From the NCBI GenBank assembly GCA_014653715.1, contig JACWEB010000002.1:4717-68716 (forward strand): a stretch of DNA of 64,000 bases, in the 5' to 3' direction. Shown here piece after piece: positions 63,401 to 64,000 of the stretch. The stretch's first letter is position 1. Each line of letters begins with the position of its first letter. Origin of the DNA: Pelagibacterales bacterium SAG-MED31 (lineage in GTDB: Bacteria; Pseudomonadota; Alphaproteobacteria; HIMB59; GCA-002718135). The position numbers were made by a program, and so were the translations under genes. The notes under the pieces are model-generated. The model had not been told where the DNA came from and did no database searches. It saw only the letters and a program-made list of their open reading frames with translations.

Positions 63401-64000
63401 ATCTGTGTCACCATTTGTTGGATTAAAAGTAATTGTAGGTGCTGTCGTATCAAGAACAGTAAATGTTATTGAAGAGCTTGAAATTGCATTATTATAATAA
63501 TCTTCTACAGTAGCACCAATTGCCACATACACGACTTGACTACTAGAGAAATCACTCGTTGGATTAATTGTTATAATTTTATTTGTACTATCTATAGTTG
63601 CATTGAAAGGTATTCTAACTCCTGAAGAATTAGTTTTTTTTAATGTAATTAAACTATCAACATTTGTATCGGTAATATCTGTATTATCAATGTTTCGAAT
63701 GGCTTTATCAAAAGTGATAGTAATATTCGAATCAACAGCCACTCCTGTGCTATTGTTTGCAGGACTAAATGTCAAAGATGGAGGAGAGGTAGGAGCAGCA
63801 ACAGTAAAACTTATGTTTGATGCGCTTATTGCATTATCGGAAGAGTCTTCTACAGTTGCACCAATTGCCACATACACAACTTGCTGACTGGAAAAGTCAC
63901 TATCAGGATTGATTGTTATAATCTTTTTATCTGAGTCAATTGTTGCATCAAAGTCAATATTAGATCCACTCGAATTAGTTTCTTTTAACGTAATAAGGGA
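60482..64000 (-). CDS. Large Ig-like repeat (SbsA/Big_5-type) autotransporter, probable adhesin, 5' truncated by window edge
   Basis: Frame is open to base 64000. At least six complete ~110-115-aa repeats (DxTxPxVTFxP...NITLTFNEAVRN...ITINP...YVAIGATVED), a helical linker, and a C-terminal beta-barrel ending in Phe. Confidence 0.88.
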   Translation of the reverse strand, partial: SLITLKETNSSGSNIDFDATIDSDKKIITINPDSDFSSQQVVYVAIGATVEDSSDNAISASNISFTVAAPTSPPSLTFSPANNSTGVAVDSNITITFDKAIRNIDNTDITDTNVDSLITLKKTNSSGVRIPFNATIDSTNKIITINPTSDFSSSQVVYVAIGATVEDYYNNAISSSSITFTVLDTTAPTITFNPTNGDTDVTVSSNITLTFNEAVRNTNDSALTDSNVDSLITLKDTDEDGDDINFDATIDSDKKIITINPDSNFSSEQVIYVAIGATVEDSSDNAITASDIIFTAADSTPPTVTFSPADAETGIAVNSDITIAFDELVRNIDDTSITDANVDSLITLKETNANGSNISFEAVIDSAKQLITISPDNSFSSEQVVYVAIGATVEDKSDNAISASSITFTAADSTAPLVTFDPADTATGIPITANVTLTFNEAVRNPDDSEITNSNVGNLITLEYVSDNTPIAFTATIDSDKKVITINPDANFTSGRFVRVEIQALEDASNNSMSATSGTFSVTDSTAPVVQFDPADGSTLVPLDTDIIISFDEEVRLLDNSSINNTNIDSLITLKDSNSSGAEIAFDATINSDKTEITIDLVNDISSEQTVYVAIGATVEDSYGNAISATSATFTAADKLPPTVEIEAVITASIAVNSDITFTFSEAVRNLDDSALTDSNVGSLMTLKDTDENGVDIPFVATINSAKTIITIDPVSNFTSAQKIYASIGATVEDSANNVIPASSKTFTAEFLKQDLENPFNEKDVVAIIDAQREISKRFIEQSSFAVLNRMEWLRRNRDVNNLSEQGIKFIFRDETFTEIATAFTFDKYINKTKNLFHNNWAFWSEGTVSLGEKDNTSLASLQAIQTTGITIGIDKKVSDKKMYGFAFRVGHDNVDIGTSETNLKTDMFSLSTYATLPFNNNTFIDTHIGISGLKIDSRRNHTAGNLNGNRNGKQIFGSFVYGGEFIKKDLQIFPYGRIDLGYTILDEYLDSGKISALKYNQMKVETAKSSFGFLVNNSLEINNYKLKPFGRLEYGKGSVYSNDTIVSYYTAYPNTNYTYKGVNENSDNYRISIGADLDIGKNWFYSGSFERNEQIDGGNINTINFAGSYLMKKNAELSFNSNSASDGISQFSIQYDKQFDTGWGLNYNIELQNSLTVSFESTVGISISKSF
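61760..64000 (-). repeat. Diverged ~330-345-bp coding repeats (Ig-like domains)
   Basis: Recurrent 'tcttctacagt.gc.ccaattgccacata' blocks at roughly regular spacing (about 62140, 62820, 63160, 63500, 63850). Confidence 0.85.

Overview
An AT-rich, gene-dense core-genome segment from a streamlined, probably marine, alphaproteobacterium (SAR11/HIMB59-like; inferred from gene content and composition). It is mostly housekeeping genes: a partial GT9 glycosyltransferase, folD, yggT, an orphan amino-acid binding protein, the ccmABCDEFGH cytochrome c maturation operon (ccmD is missing from the ORF track), a Lys/Ala/Pro histone-like protein, acnA, helicase-terB-fdxA-carD-pseudophosphatase-rpoH, a PagL-like protein, dusA, carbonic anhydrase, panB, gcrA, pgk, dapF-mtaB-ftsY-yciB, ffh-rpsP-rimM-trmD-rplS-leuCDB-asd, tRNA-Arg(UCG), UDG, zapE, sdhCDAB-mdh-sucCDAB-lpdA, a ydcSTUV-patD-type polyamine operon, and the C-terminal part of a large Ig-repeat autotransporter. 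I saw no mobile elements, CRISPR arrays or rRNA. The best leads are: (1) an unannotated ~139-nt structured RNA with its own sigma70 promoter, divergent from sdhC and next to tandem DnaA boxes; (2) a histone-like gene behind a structured leader that could hide its Shine-Dalgarno (SD) sequence; (3) a PPP-type phosphatase with all metal-binding motifs altered, between carD and rpoH; (4) an autotransporter barrel that seems to have four extra beta-strands; (5) a rare tRNA-Arg(UCG) abutting a GNAT gene; (6) small translationally coupled ORFs. All calls are by eye; no searches or folding programs were run.
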